A stretch of DNA of 64,000 nt. Origin: Cyanophyceae cyanobacterium. Lineage in GTDB: Bacteria > Cyanobacteriota > Cyanobacteriia > Cyanobacteriales > Laspinemataceae. The translations under genes were made by a program, and so were the position numbers. Positions 30,072 through 39,469 of this stretch are shown here, in pieces. Within the stretch, counting starts at the first letter, position 1. The number at the start of each line of letters is the position of its first letter. The notes beneath the pieces were generated by a model. It did not search any database and was not told the origin of the DNA. It saw nothing but the letters and a program-made list of their open reading frames with translations. The stretch spans positions 383,269-447,268 of the forward strand of contig JBBQFN010000002.1 of NCBI GenBank assembly GCA_038321985.1. Reading direction: 5' to 3'.

Positions 30072-33000
30072 ATGTCTGAACAAATTAACGCCGAAAAACG
30101 CTCTCAACTTTCCGCCGCTAAACAAGCCTTATTAGCCAAACGGTTGCGCGGTCAAGTAACTGCTGTTAACAAAACAAAAATTCAGGAACAAAAGACTGTC
30201 AATTCCCTGCCTCAAATTGCACCCAATCCAGAAATCCGGCATCTGCCCTTCCCATTGACGGATATGCAACAAGCCTATTGGATTGGTAGAAATAGCTTTT
30301 TTGAATCGGGCAATGTTTCCATTCATGCTTATTTTGAAACGGACAGCCAAAACTTGGATTTAGAGCGCTTTAATCGGGCATGGCAACGGTTGATTGAGCG
30401 CCATGATATGTTAAAGGCAATTGTGCTGCCGAATGGTCAACAGCAAATTTTAGAAAATCTCCCCCCTTATGAGATTAAAGTCTTGGATTTGCGGGGAAAA
30501 TCCGAGGAGGTGATTGCCGCTGAATTGCAAGGGGTGCGCGATCGCCTGTCTCATCAAGTTATTCCCTCGGACCGCTGGCCGTTATATGAAATCTGCGCCT
30601 CCCAGTTAGGCGATCGCCATTACCGTCTCCATATCAGTATTGATGGCATATTCTTCGATGCCCGTAGTTACCAAATCCTCTCCAAAGAACTGATCCAACT
30701 CTACCAGGACCCGGACTGTGAACTGCCTCCTTTAGAGTTGTCATTCAGAGATTATGTGCAAGGATTGCTAGACCTGCAAACCTCGGAAATTTATCAAAAG
30801 TCTCTCACTTATTGGCAACAACGGATTCCCACTTTACCCCCGGCCCCAGAACTGCCCCTCGCCAATACTGGCGCAGCGCCCCAGGGTTCTCAGTTTGTGC
30901 GCCGTCGGTCCACATTAGAGGCAGAGATTTGGCAAAAACTCAAAACCCGGGCGGCGCGAGCAAATGTTACCCCGGCTGGATTGTTACTGGCTGCTTATGC
31001 GGAAGTTTTGGCAACCTGGAGCAAAAATCCCCGGTTTACGATTAATGTCCCCCGGTTCGATCGCTTTCCCCTCCATCCCCAAGTCACTCACCTGATCGGT
31101 GAATTTGCCTCCTTTACCCTGTTAGAGGTAGATTTTTCCGAACCTAACTCTTTTGAGGTGAGGGCGAAGCGCCTCCAACAGCAACTCTGGCAAGATTTGG
31201 AACATCAATATGTGAGTGGGGTGCGGGTCTTGCGAGAACTGGCAAGGTATCAAGGGAATACCCTCGGGGTCACCATGCCAATTGTGTTTACCAGTTCTCC
31301 CCAAGATGTGGACGGGAAGGAAACCCGCCCCATTGATGCCCCGGTGGACTTGGGGGCGATCGCCTACAGTCTGGCCCAAACCCCGCAAGTCTGGCTTGAT
31401 TTTATGTATCGTGAGAGCAATGGCGCGTTAATTTTCAACTTTGACGCCGTGGAAAATCGGTTCGCCCCTGGGGTCGTAGAAGCCATGTTCCAGGCGTATA
31501 ACCAGCTACTCAGTCACCTTGCTGAGGGAGAGGAAGGCTGGCAGGAAATTGGCCGATCGCTCGTTCCCGAGGAACAACTCCAGCAACGCGCCGCCATCAA
31601 CGCCACCGATGCCCCGATTCCCGATAAAACCCTGTATCAGTTGTTTTGCGATCGCGTTCAAGAAGCGCCAGAACAAATTGCTCTCACAACCTCCGACTCT
31701 ACCCTGAGTTACGGGGAAGTTTACCAGCGATCGCAACATCTGGGATATCACTTGCGGGAGTTAGGGGTGCGTCCGAATACCCTAGTCGCAGTGTTCATGG
31801 AAAAGGGATGGGAGCAAATCGTCGCTGTATTGGGCATTCTGGCAGCAGGGGCGGCTTATTTACCCCTAGACGCGGAATTACCCCAAGAACGCCTCGACTA
31901 TCTGTTGCAGGATGCGGGAGTGCAGCAAGTGTTAACCCAGTCCCAACTCATCGGAACTCGCCTATTCCCTAACGGGATTCAGCCGATTTGTGTCGATGGA
32001 CAAGATATATCGCGTGCCAACCCTGCACCATTACTTTCTGTCAATACATCGGATGATTTGGCTTATGTAATTTATACTTCAGGGTCTACGGGCCTACCGA
32101 AAGGGGTGGCAGTCGCGCATCGGTCCGTAGTCAATACCGTAATTGCGACAAACCAGCGCTTTGAGATTACCGCCTCCGACCGGGCGATCGCCTTAACTGC
32201 CCTGCATCACGACTTATCGGTATTCGATATCTTCGGCATCTTGGCGGCGGGCGGTACTCTAGTGATTCCCGATGCCGCCCAACGGCGAGATCCAGCCCAT
32301 TGGTCACAGTTGCTGCAACAGGAACGAGTCACGTTCTGGAACTCAGTCCCCGCCATGATGGAGATGTTACTGGAATATACTAGCGGCCAATGTAGTCTCA
32401 CATTTCCTAACTTGCGTCTGACAATTTTGGGGGGAGACTGGATACCTGTTGCCGTTCCCAGTCGCCTAAAAGCGGCTGCGCCGAATGTGCAACTTGTGAG
32501 TATTGGCGGCCCTACGGAAACCACCATTTGGAATATCTGGTATCCCGTGGAAACTCTCACCCTGCAACAGAAAAGCATTCCCTACGGCAAACCCATTGCT
32601 AATAATCGGTATTACATTTTAAATGATGCTTTAGAAGACCGTCCCGTATGGGTTCCCGGGCAAATGTATTGTGCTGGAGTTGGACTCGCCCAAGGGTACT
32701 GGCACAATGAAGCAAAGACCCGGGAAAATTTCATCACCCATCCCCGGACCGGGGAACGACTGTATCGCACAGGAGATATGGGACGGTATTTACCCGATGG
32801 TAATATCGAGTTTTTGAGCCGAGTAGACTTCCAAGTGAAGATTCGCGGCCATCGCATCGAACCCGGGGAAATCGAATCTACGCTGATTAAACATCCTGCT
32901 GTGCGATCCACCGTGGTGGTGGCGGTGGGCGAACGTGCCGATAACAAGCAATTAGTCGCCTATGTTGTTCCCGAAGCTGCGCCCACTCCGGAACTGGCGG

Positions 33001-33497
33001 AGGAACTGCGCCACTATCTGAGTGAGAAACTGCCGCCTTATCTGGTCCCGGCGATGGTGATGATTCTAGAGGCGCTACCCTTAACCCCCAATGGCAAGGT
33101 CGATCGCCGGGGATTACCCACCCCAGAACATCTGGAACGTGCGGATACTTTTATCGCCCCTCGGACCGCGACTGAGGAACAATTAGCTCAAATTTGGCGA
33201 GAGGTGTTGAACTGCGATCGCGTGGGGATTCGAGATAATTTCTTTTTTGAGTTAGGCGGACATTCTTTATTAGCCACTCAAGTCATGTCCCGGGTGCGTC
33301 AATCTTTTGAAGTTGATGTGCCTTTAATGCACTTTTTTGAAACTCCCACGATTGAGGATTTTTCCTTAATTATTACTCAGAAATTAGCAGAACAAGCCGA
33401 TAGCGATTTATTGGCGCAAACCCTCACAGAATTAGAGGAACTCTCCGATGAAGAGGTGCAATTTTTGTTAGCTAATTCTAGCGTTGCTGCTTCCTAG
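30072..33497 (+). CDS. NRPS: heterocyclisation (Cy)-A(Cys/Ser-like)-T
   Basis: FPLTDMQQAYWIGR, DGIFFDARS (DxxxxD), PIVFTS and QTPQVWLD (Cy); A with WNSVPAM and GDWIP; GGHSL; no oxidase domain. Confidence 0.9.
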   Translation: MSEQINAEKRSQLSAAKQALLAKRLRGQVTAVNKTKIQEQKTVNSLPQIAPNPEIRHLPFPLTDMQQAYWIGRNSFFESGNVSIHAYFETDSQNLDLERFNRAWQRLIERHDMLKAIVLPNGQQQILENLPPYEIKVLDLRGKSEEVIAAELQGVRDRLSHQVIPSDRWPLYEICASQLGDRHYRLHISIDGIFFDARSYQILSKELIQLYQDPDCELPPLELSFRDYVQGLLDLQTSEIYQKSLTYWQQRIPTLPPAPELPLANTGAAPQGSQFVRRRSTLEAEIWQKLKTRAARANVTPAGLLLAAYAEVLATWSKNPRFTINVPRFDRFPLHPQVTHLIGEFASFTLLEVDFSEPNSFEVRAKRLQQQLWQDLEHQYVSGVRVLRELARYQGNTLGVTMPIVFTSSPQDVDGKETRPIDAPVDLGAIAYSLAQTPQVWLDFMYRESNGALIFNFDAVENRFAPGVVEAMFQAYNQLLSHLAEGEEGWQEIGRSLVPEEQLQQRAAINATDAPIPDKTLYQLFCDRVQEAPEQIALTTSDSTLSYGEVYQRSQHLGYHLRELGVRPNTLVAVFMEKGWEQIVAVLGILAAGAAYLPLDAELPQERLDYLLQDAGVQQVLTQSQLIGTRLFPNGIQPICVDGQDISRANPAPLLSVNTSDDLAYVIYTSGSTGLPKGVAVAHRSVVNTVIATNQRFEITASDRAIALTALHHDLSVFDIFGILAAGGTLVIPDAAQRRDPAHWSQLLQQERVTFWNSVPAMMEMLLEYTSGQCSLTFPNLRLTILGGDWIPVAVPSRLKAAAPNVQLVSIGGPTETTIWNIWYPVETLTLQQKSIPYGKPIANNRYYILNDALEDRPVWVPGQMYCAGVGLAQGYWHNEAKTRENFITHPRTGERLYRTGDMGRYLPDGNIEFLSRVDFQVKIRGHRIEPGEIESTLIKHPAVRSTVVVAVGERADNKQLVAYVVPEAAPTPELAEELRHYLSEKLPPYLVPAMVMILEALPLTPNGKVDRRGLPTPEHLERADTFIAPRTATEEQLAQIWREVLNCDRVGIRDNFFFELGGHSLLATQVMSRVRQSFEVDVPLMHFFETPTIEDFSLIITQKLAEQADSDLLAQTLTELEELSDEEVQFLLANSSVAAS

Positions 33498-33519
33498 TCT
33501 GTAAAAAATTGTAATATTC

Positions 33520-33570
33520 AGCCTGCGGAGGCAGGCTTTGTCCGTATAGCCCCACCCTTTAGGGTGCGGG
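33520..33570. repeat. REP-like double-hairpin intergenic repeat
   Basis: AGCCTGC-GGAG-GCAGGCT hairpin (33520-33537) followed by CACCCT-TT-AGGGTG (33553-33566). Confidence 0.55.
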
Positions 33571-33606
33571 TCTTCCAGCCCTATCAATATTTATCTCCTC
33601 AAAATC

Positions 33607-36600
33607 ATGAGCGATATTTCTCAACGCATTGCTTCCCTCTCTCCTGAAAAACGAGCTTTATTGCTGCAACGATTACAACAAAAATCCCAGGGAACGGCGT
33701 CAAACAATGCGATCGCCTGTCAACCCCGATCAACCGATACCTTTATCTCCTCCTTCTCTCAAGCGCGGTTATGGTTTCTCGATCGCCTAGAACCCAACAG
33801 TTCATTTTATAACCTGCCTTACGCCATTCGTCTGACTGGCATTCTCCATATCCCGGCCTTAGAACAAAGTCTCACAGAAATTGTCAGACGCCATGAAGTG
33901 ATTCGCACGACGTTTAAAGAAGTGGCTGGGGACCCCATGCAAATGATCAACCCCGCCCAACCTATCACCCTGGCAAGGATTGACCTGCGCCAGGTTCCCC
34001 CATCGGAACGGGAAGCGGAAGCGTTGCGCCTTGCCACTCGGGAAGCCCAGACCCCTTTTAACCTGACTACCGGGCCATTGCTGCGATCGACGTTATTGCA
34101 GCTAGATGATACGGAGTATATTATTCTATTTACCCTTCATCACATCGTCTCCGATGGCTGGTCTACCGGCGTAATTATCCGGGAGTTAGCCCCGTTGTAT
34201 CAAGCCTTCTCCCAAGGCAAACCCTCTCCCCTGCCAAAATTACCCATCCAGTACGCGGATTTTGCCATCTGGCAGCGCGGTTATTTACAAGGTGAGGTGT
34301 TAGATGCCCAGTTGTCATACTGGAAAGAACACCTAAAAAATGCCCCGGCAGCCCTGGATTTACCGTGCGATCGCCCCCGGGTTGCGGTACAAACCTATCA
34401 AGGCGCAACGGAATCAACCCGCCTCTCCAAATCCCTCACAGAAGCCCTGAAAGCCCTTTCCAAAGCCGAAGGGGTCACGTTGTTTATGACCTTGTTGGCC
34501 GGGTTCAAAACTTTACTCTACCGCTATTCCGGCCAGGAAAATATTATAGTTGGTTCACCGATCGCCAACCGCAACCGGGCGGAAATCGAAGAGGCGATCG
34601 GCTTTTTTGTCAACTCTCTGGCCCTGCATACGGACCTGGGAGGCAACCCCACGGTTCAAGAATTGTTGCATCGGGTGCGCGATGTATCCCTGGGGGCTTA
34701 CAGTCATCAGGACTTGCCCTTTGAAAAATTAGTGGAAGAATTACACCCGGAACGAGATTTGAGCCGATCGCCCATCTTTCAGGTGATGTTTGTCTTACAA
34801 AATGCCCCCACTACTACCCTGCAACTCCCCGGAATCACCTTACAATCCCTCGCCATTGAACGGGGAACCACTCAATTTGACCTGAGTTTGAGCGTTACCG
34901 AATATCCCGAAGGACTCGCCGCCTCCATTGAGTATAGTACGGATTTGTTTGACCGGGAGACCATTGTGCGAATGCTGGGGTATTTACAAACCGTTTTAGA
35001 AGCAATGGTGGCGGACTCGACCCAGAGAATTAGTGAGATTTCCCTTTTAACTGAAGGAGAACGCCATCAACTCCTGATGGACTGGAGTAATGCCGGACGC
35101 TTGCGATCGCAGCCCGAACCCCTGGAAAATCGCTGCATTCATCATTTGTTTGAAACCCAGGTGAACCAGTCCCCGGATGCGGTGGCCGTCCAGTTTCAAG
35201 ACAGTCATCTCACTTACCGAGAACTGAACGCCAAAGCCAATCAACTGGCGCATTACTTACAAGGGTTAGGGGTTGGACCGGATATTTTGGTCGGGTTATG
35301 CTGCGATCGCGGTTTAGAAATGCTTGTGGGGCTGTTCGGCATTCTCAAAGCAGGCGGTGCCTATTTACCCCTAGACCCTGCCTATCCTCGCGATCGCTTG
35401 CAGGGGATGTTAGAAGATGCAGCCGTGCCGATTTTGCTCACCCAGCAGCATCTCCGGGATAAATTTACCCCCTTATCCGCCCCGGCAGTTGCCCTAGATG
35501 CGGATTGGCAGGCCATTTCTGAATGTAGCAGTGAGAATCCGATTACGGCGGTCACCCCGGACCATTTAGCTTATGTGATTTATACTTCAGGTTCCACGGG
35601 CAAACCCAAAGGAGTCGCTATCCCCCACCGGGCCTTAGTTGCCTATACGCAAGTTGCCCAAACTGAATACGGAATTACCCAGGGCGATCGCTTGTTACAG
35701 TTCGCCTCCATCAGTTTCGATACCAGTGCAGAGGAAATTTATCCTAGCCTCACTTGTGGCGCGACCCTGATCTTGCGAACTGAGACGATGATTCAATCCA
35801 TCGCCGAATTCTTCCACCAGTGCCAGGATTGGGCGATTACGGTTCTGAATCTGCCCACCGCTTACTGGCACGAACTAACCGCACGTCTAGCGGCTGAAAG
35901 CCTCACTTTACCCCCATCGGTGCGACTGGTGATTATTGGCGGAGAGAAAGCCCTACCCGATCGCCTGAAAACCTGGCAGCAGCAAGTCGGCAAAACCGTA
36001 CAACTCCTGAATACTTACGGGCCCACAGAAACGACTATTGTTGCCACAAAGTGCGATTTATCCCAGATAGAGGCTGGTAATTACCGAGAAGTCCCGATCG
36101 GCTATCCCCTCCCCCATACGGAAATCTATGTTCTCGATTCGCACTTGCAGCCGGTTCCCATCGGCGTTCCCGGGGAACTGCATATTGGGGGGAAAGGCTT
36201 GGCGCGAGGCTATCTCAACCGTCCTGAACTCACAAGCGAGAAATTTATTCCCCATCCCTTTAGCACTTCCCCCGGAGACTGCCTCTACAAAACTGGGGAT
36301 TTAGGGCGATGGCTGCCTGATGGCAAATTGGAGGTCATCGGACGTAGCGATCGCCAAGTTAAACTGCGTGGATATCGGATTGAACTCTCGGAAATTGAAG
36401 CCACTTTAGCCCAACATCCTGCCGTTTGGGAAACTGTGACTATCGTCCGAGAAGATATCCCTAATCTCCAACAACTGGTGAGTTATTTCGTTCTGAACCC
36501 CCAGTTTAATTTTGAGTCCCAAGTCTCTATTCTCATTGATGAACGCTTTTCTCAATGGCAAGTCGTTCATGATGATGAAAACTTCAATGAAACCGATTCT

Positions 36601-39387
36601 GAGTGGGATTCAACCTTTAATATTAGTGGCTGGGATAGCAGTTATACCGGCCTACCCATTCCCGAATTGGAAATGCGAGAATGGGTAAATAATACCGTCA
36701 CCCGCATTCTCGATTTACAGCCCAACCGCGTCCTAGAAATCGGATGCGGGACCGGATTAATGCTCTTTAAAATTGCCCCTCACTGTAGCCAATATTGGGG
36801 CAGTGACTTCTCCCCCGCTTCCCTGAATCATATCCGGCAGCAGTTGGCCCAACCCGGTCAAAACTTGCCGCAAGTCAAGTTATTAGAACGGATGGCGGAT
36901 AATTTTGACGGCATGGAATCTCACAGTTTTGATGCAGTGATTATTAACTCGGTTATCCAATATTTCCCCACCGTTGATTACCTCTTACAGGTCATTAAAG
37001 GGGCCATTGAGGCCGTCGCCCCAGGTGGCGTAATTTTCCTGGGAGACTTGCGAAGCTACCCGCTTTTAGAAGCCTTTCATACCTCGATTGAGCTTTATCA
37101 AGCCCCCGCTTCCCTCTCCATTGACAAGCTGCAACAGCGTATCAACAAACGAATCATTGAAGAGGAAGAACTAGCGATTTCTCCGGAATTTTTCCGCGCC
37201 CTCAAGCAGCAGTTTCCCAAAATTAGCCGGGTAGAAATTCAACCCAAACAGGGGATTTATCACAACGAACTCAACAAGTTCCGTTATGATGTCACCCTGC
37301 ATTTAAGCCCTGAAATTCTGGCAGTTCCTCCGTATTCCGAGTGGGATTGGCAGCAGGAGAATTTAACCTTGGATTCTTTGCGCGATCGCCTAGATTTTGA
37401 TCGGCCCAATATTCTCGCCCTGCGAACTATCCCCAATGCCCGGGTTTTAGCGGATATCAAAGCCGTTGAACTCCTCGCCACCTCATCAGACATTCAAACC
37501 GTTGACGGGTTACAAAAAGCCGTAAAACAGGCCATCTCCGGCATCGGAATTGACCCGGAAAACTTAGCAAAATTAGGAACAGAATTAGGATATGTAACGG
37601 TCTTCAGTTGGCTGAACTCTAGCCTTGATGGCAGCTACGATACCCTATTTATCCATCCAAATAAAGCCCCCATGATTAAGGGGAGTTGGGGGGATATCCT
37701 CTATGAAAATCACCCCATTTCTATCCAACCCTGGAACCGTTATACCAACAATCCTCTCCAGGGACAACAGCGCCGTCACCTGGTGGGAGAATTGCGCCAA
37801 TACCTGCAACAAAAACTTCCAGAATATGCCGTCCCTTCCGCCTTTGTAATTTTAGAATATCTCCCCCTAACTCCCAACGGGAAAGTCGATCGCAAGGCAC
37901 TCCCAGCCCCGGATAATTTTCGACCGGATATGCAAGGCACATTTGTTGCCCCCCGCACCCTTTTAGAAGAGAAAATTGCCCGAATTTGGAGCGAAATTTT
38001 AGGCTTAGAAAAAGTGGGTATTGAGGATAACTTCTTCGATTTAGGAGGACATTCTCTCCTGATTACTCAACTGTCGTCTCGGGTCCGGGACACCTTTACC
38101 GTAGACCTACCTTTACGGGATTTATTCGCCGTACCCACCGTCGCTGGATTAGCTCAACAAATTGAACGGGCCACTCAACAAGAGTCCCCGGTAGTCAATC
38201 CTATCTCTGTAAATTTTCCGGCAGAAATCTTACTTGATACCAGTCTTTCTCCCCTGGGTACTTTTGAATTCAATCCCAATCCGGCTCATATTCTCTTGAC
38301 GGGAGCAACAGGATTTTTAGGGGCATTTTTGCTCGAAAACCTGTTGCAAAAAACTAATGCCGAGATTTATTGTTTAGTTCGAGCTTCTAATGCAGCAGAA
38401 GCAAAAAAACGGATTCAAAACAATCTGGAAATCTATGGATTATGGCAAGATTCCCTAGGGGAAAGAATTATTCCGTTAGTCGGCAATTTAGCTAAACCCC
38501 GATTAGGATTATCTGCGGAACAATTCCAAGCCCTCGCCCATGAAATTGATGTCATTTATCATAATGGCGCATTGGTAAATTTCACCTATCCTTACTCAGC
38601 CGTAAAAGCGGCGAACGTGGAAAGCACCCTGGATCTGTTGAAATTAGCCAATCAAATTAAGCTCAAACCCCTGCATTTTATTTCCACCGTAGGACTGTTT
38701 AATTCGACGGCAACCGAAGCCGATGAACTGGCAAACATAGAACATTTAGAAGGGGGTTATATTCAGAGTAAATGGGTGGCGGAAAAACTCTTGATGACAG
38801 CGCGCGATCGCGGGTTTCCAATTAACATTTATCGACCCGGACGGATTACGGGTCATAGTCAAACCGGCGCTTGCAATATTAATGATTTCGTTCATCGGAT
38901 TATCCAAGGTTGCATCCAACTCGGAAGTGCACCAAACTGGAATACAGATGTAGAAATGGTTCCCGTAGACTATGTGAGTCAGGCGATCGTGCACCTCTCC
39001 CAACAACCGGAATCTATGGGTAAAAACTTCCATCTGGTCAATTCTCAAACCTTGCCTTGGGGTGAATTTGTCTCCTGGGTGCGATCGCAGGGTTATCCCT
39101 TAGAACCCGTGACTTACCCCCAATGGCGGGAACAGTTACATTGCGCTGCATCCACTTCCACGGACAATGCACTCTATCCCCTGTTATCTGTTTTTTCCAA
39201 TGCAGGAAGCAGCGATCGCACTACCACTTCCTCTCCCGTGCAAATCGGCGATCGCTATACCCAAACTGCACTGCAAGGAACGGATATTACTTGTCCTCCA
39301 GTCGGTGAAGAATTGCTAACCATTTACTTCAACTATTTGGTCCGTTCCGGGTATTTATCTAACCCTCAGGAACCGGCCCGAATTTAA
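33607..39387 (+). CDS. Terminal NRPS: C-A(basic residue?)-N-methyltransferase-T-thioester reductase (R)
   Basis: HHIVSDG; A code about DTENIGTIVK; MT inserted in the A domain (VLEIGCGTG, INSVIQYFP); GGHSL; SDR motifs ILLTGATGFLG and GYIQSKWVAE. Confidence 0.92.
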   Translation: MSDISQRIASLSPEKRALLLQRLQQKSQGTASNNAIACQPRSTDTFISSFSQARLWFLDRLEPNSSFYNLPYAIRLTGILHIPALEQSLTEIVRRHEVIRTTFKEVAGDPMQMINPAQPITLARIDLRQVPPSEREAEALRLATREAQTPFNLTTGPLLRSTLLQLDDTEYIILFTLHHIVSDGWSTGVIIRELAPLYQAFSQGKPSPLPKLPIQYADFAIWQRGYLQGEVLDAQLSYWKEHLKNAPAALDLPCDRPRVAVQTYQGATESTRLSKSLTEALKALSKAEGVTLFMTLLAGFKTLLYRYSGQENIIVGSPIANRNRAEIEEAIGFFVNSLALHTDLGGNPTVQELLHRVRDVSLGAYSHQDLPFEKLVEELHPERDLSRSPIFQVMFVLQNAPTTTLQLPGITLQSLAIERGTTQFDLSLSVTEYPEGLAASIEYSTDLFDRETIVRMLGYLQTVLEAMVADSTQRISEISLLTEGERHQLLMDWSNAGRLRSQPEPLENRCIHHLFETQVNQSPDAVAVQFQDSHLTYRELNAKANQLAHYLQGLGVGPDILVGLCCDRGLEMLVGLFGILKAGGAYLPLDPAYPRDRLQGMLEDAAVPILLTQQHLRDKFTPLSAPAVALDADWQAISECSSENPITAVTPDHLAYVIYTSGSTGKPKGVAIPHRALVAYTQVAQTEYGITQGDRLLQFASISFDTSAEEIYPSLTCGATLILRTETMIQSIAEFFHQCQDWAITVLNLPTAYWHELTARLAAESLTLPPSVRLVIIGGEKALPDRLKTWQQQVGKTVQLLNTYGPTETTIVATKCDLSQIEAGNYREVPIGYPLPHTEIYVLDSHLQPVPIGVPGELHIGGKGLARGYLNRPELTSEKFIPHPFSTSPGDCLYKTGDLGRWLPDGKLEVIGRSDRQVKLRGYRIELSEIEATLAQHPAVWETVTIVREDIPNLQQLVSYFVLNPQFNFESQVSILIDERFSQWQVVHDDENFNETDSEWDSTFNISGWDSSYTGLPIPELEMREWVNNTVTRILDLQPNRVLEIGCGTGLMLFKIAPHCSQYWGSDFSPASLNHIRQQLAQPGQNLPQVKLLERMADNFDGMESHSFDAVIINSVIQYFPTVDYLLQVIKGAIEAVAPGGVIFLGDLRSYPLLEAFHTSIELYQAPASLSIDKLQQRINKRIIEEEELAISPEFFRALKQQFPKISRVEIQPKQGIYHNELNKFRYDVTLHLSPEILAVPPYSEWDWQQENLTLDSLRDRLDFDRPNILALRTIPNARVLADIKAVELLATSSDIQTVDGLQKAVKQAISGIGIDPENLAKLGTELGYVTVFSWLNSSLDGSYDTLFIHPNKAPMIKGSWGDILYENHPISIQPWNRYTNNPLQGQQRRHLVGELRQYLQQKLPEYAVPSAFVILEYLPLTPNGKVDRKALPAPDNFRPDMQGTFVAPRTLLEEKIARIWSEILGLEKVGIEDNFFDLGGHSLLITQLSSRVRDTFTVDLPLRDLFAVPTVAGLAQQIERATQQESPVVNPISVNFPAEILLDTSLSPLGTFEFNPNPAHILLTGATGFLGAFLLENLLQKTNAEIYCLVRASNAAEAKKRIQNNLEIYGLWQDSLGERIIPLVGNLAKPRLGLSAEQFQALAHEIDVIYHNGALVNFTYPYSAVKAANVESTLDLLKLANQIKLKPLHFISTVGLFNSTATEADELANIEHLEGGYIQSKWVAEKLLMTARDRGFPINIYRPGRITGHSQTGACNINDFVHRIIQGCIQLGSAPNWNTDVEMVPVDYVSQAIVHLSQQPESMGKNFHLVNSQTLPWGEFVSWVRSQGYPLEPVTYPQWREQLHCAASTSTDNALYPLLSVFSNAGSSDRTTTSSPVQIGDRYTQTALQGTDITCPPVGEELLTIYFNYLVRSGYLSNPQEPARI

Positions 39388-39469
39388 ACGATTTCCTCAT
39401 CCCTAAATTAATCCGCTAACCCTAAAACTGTGCCGGTTATCCCCCTTAAACCCTTTCATTTAACCCATC

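Noticed and set aside
9900..35000. Repeated nucleotide segments between NRPS modules
   Set aside because: Expected paralogy of C/A/T domains, not a separate repeat element.
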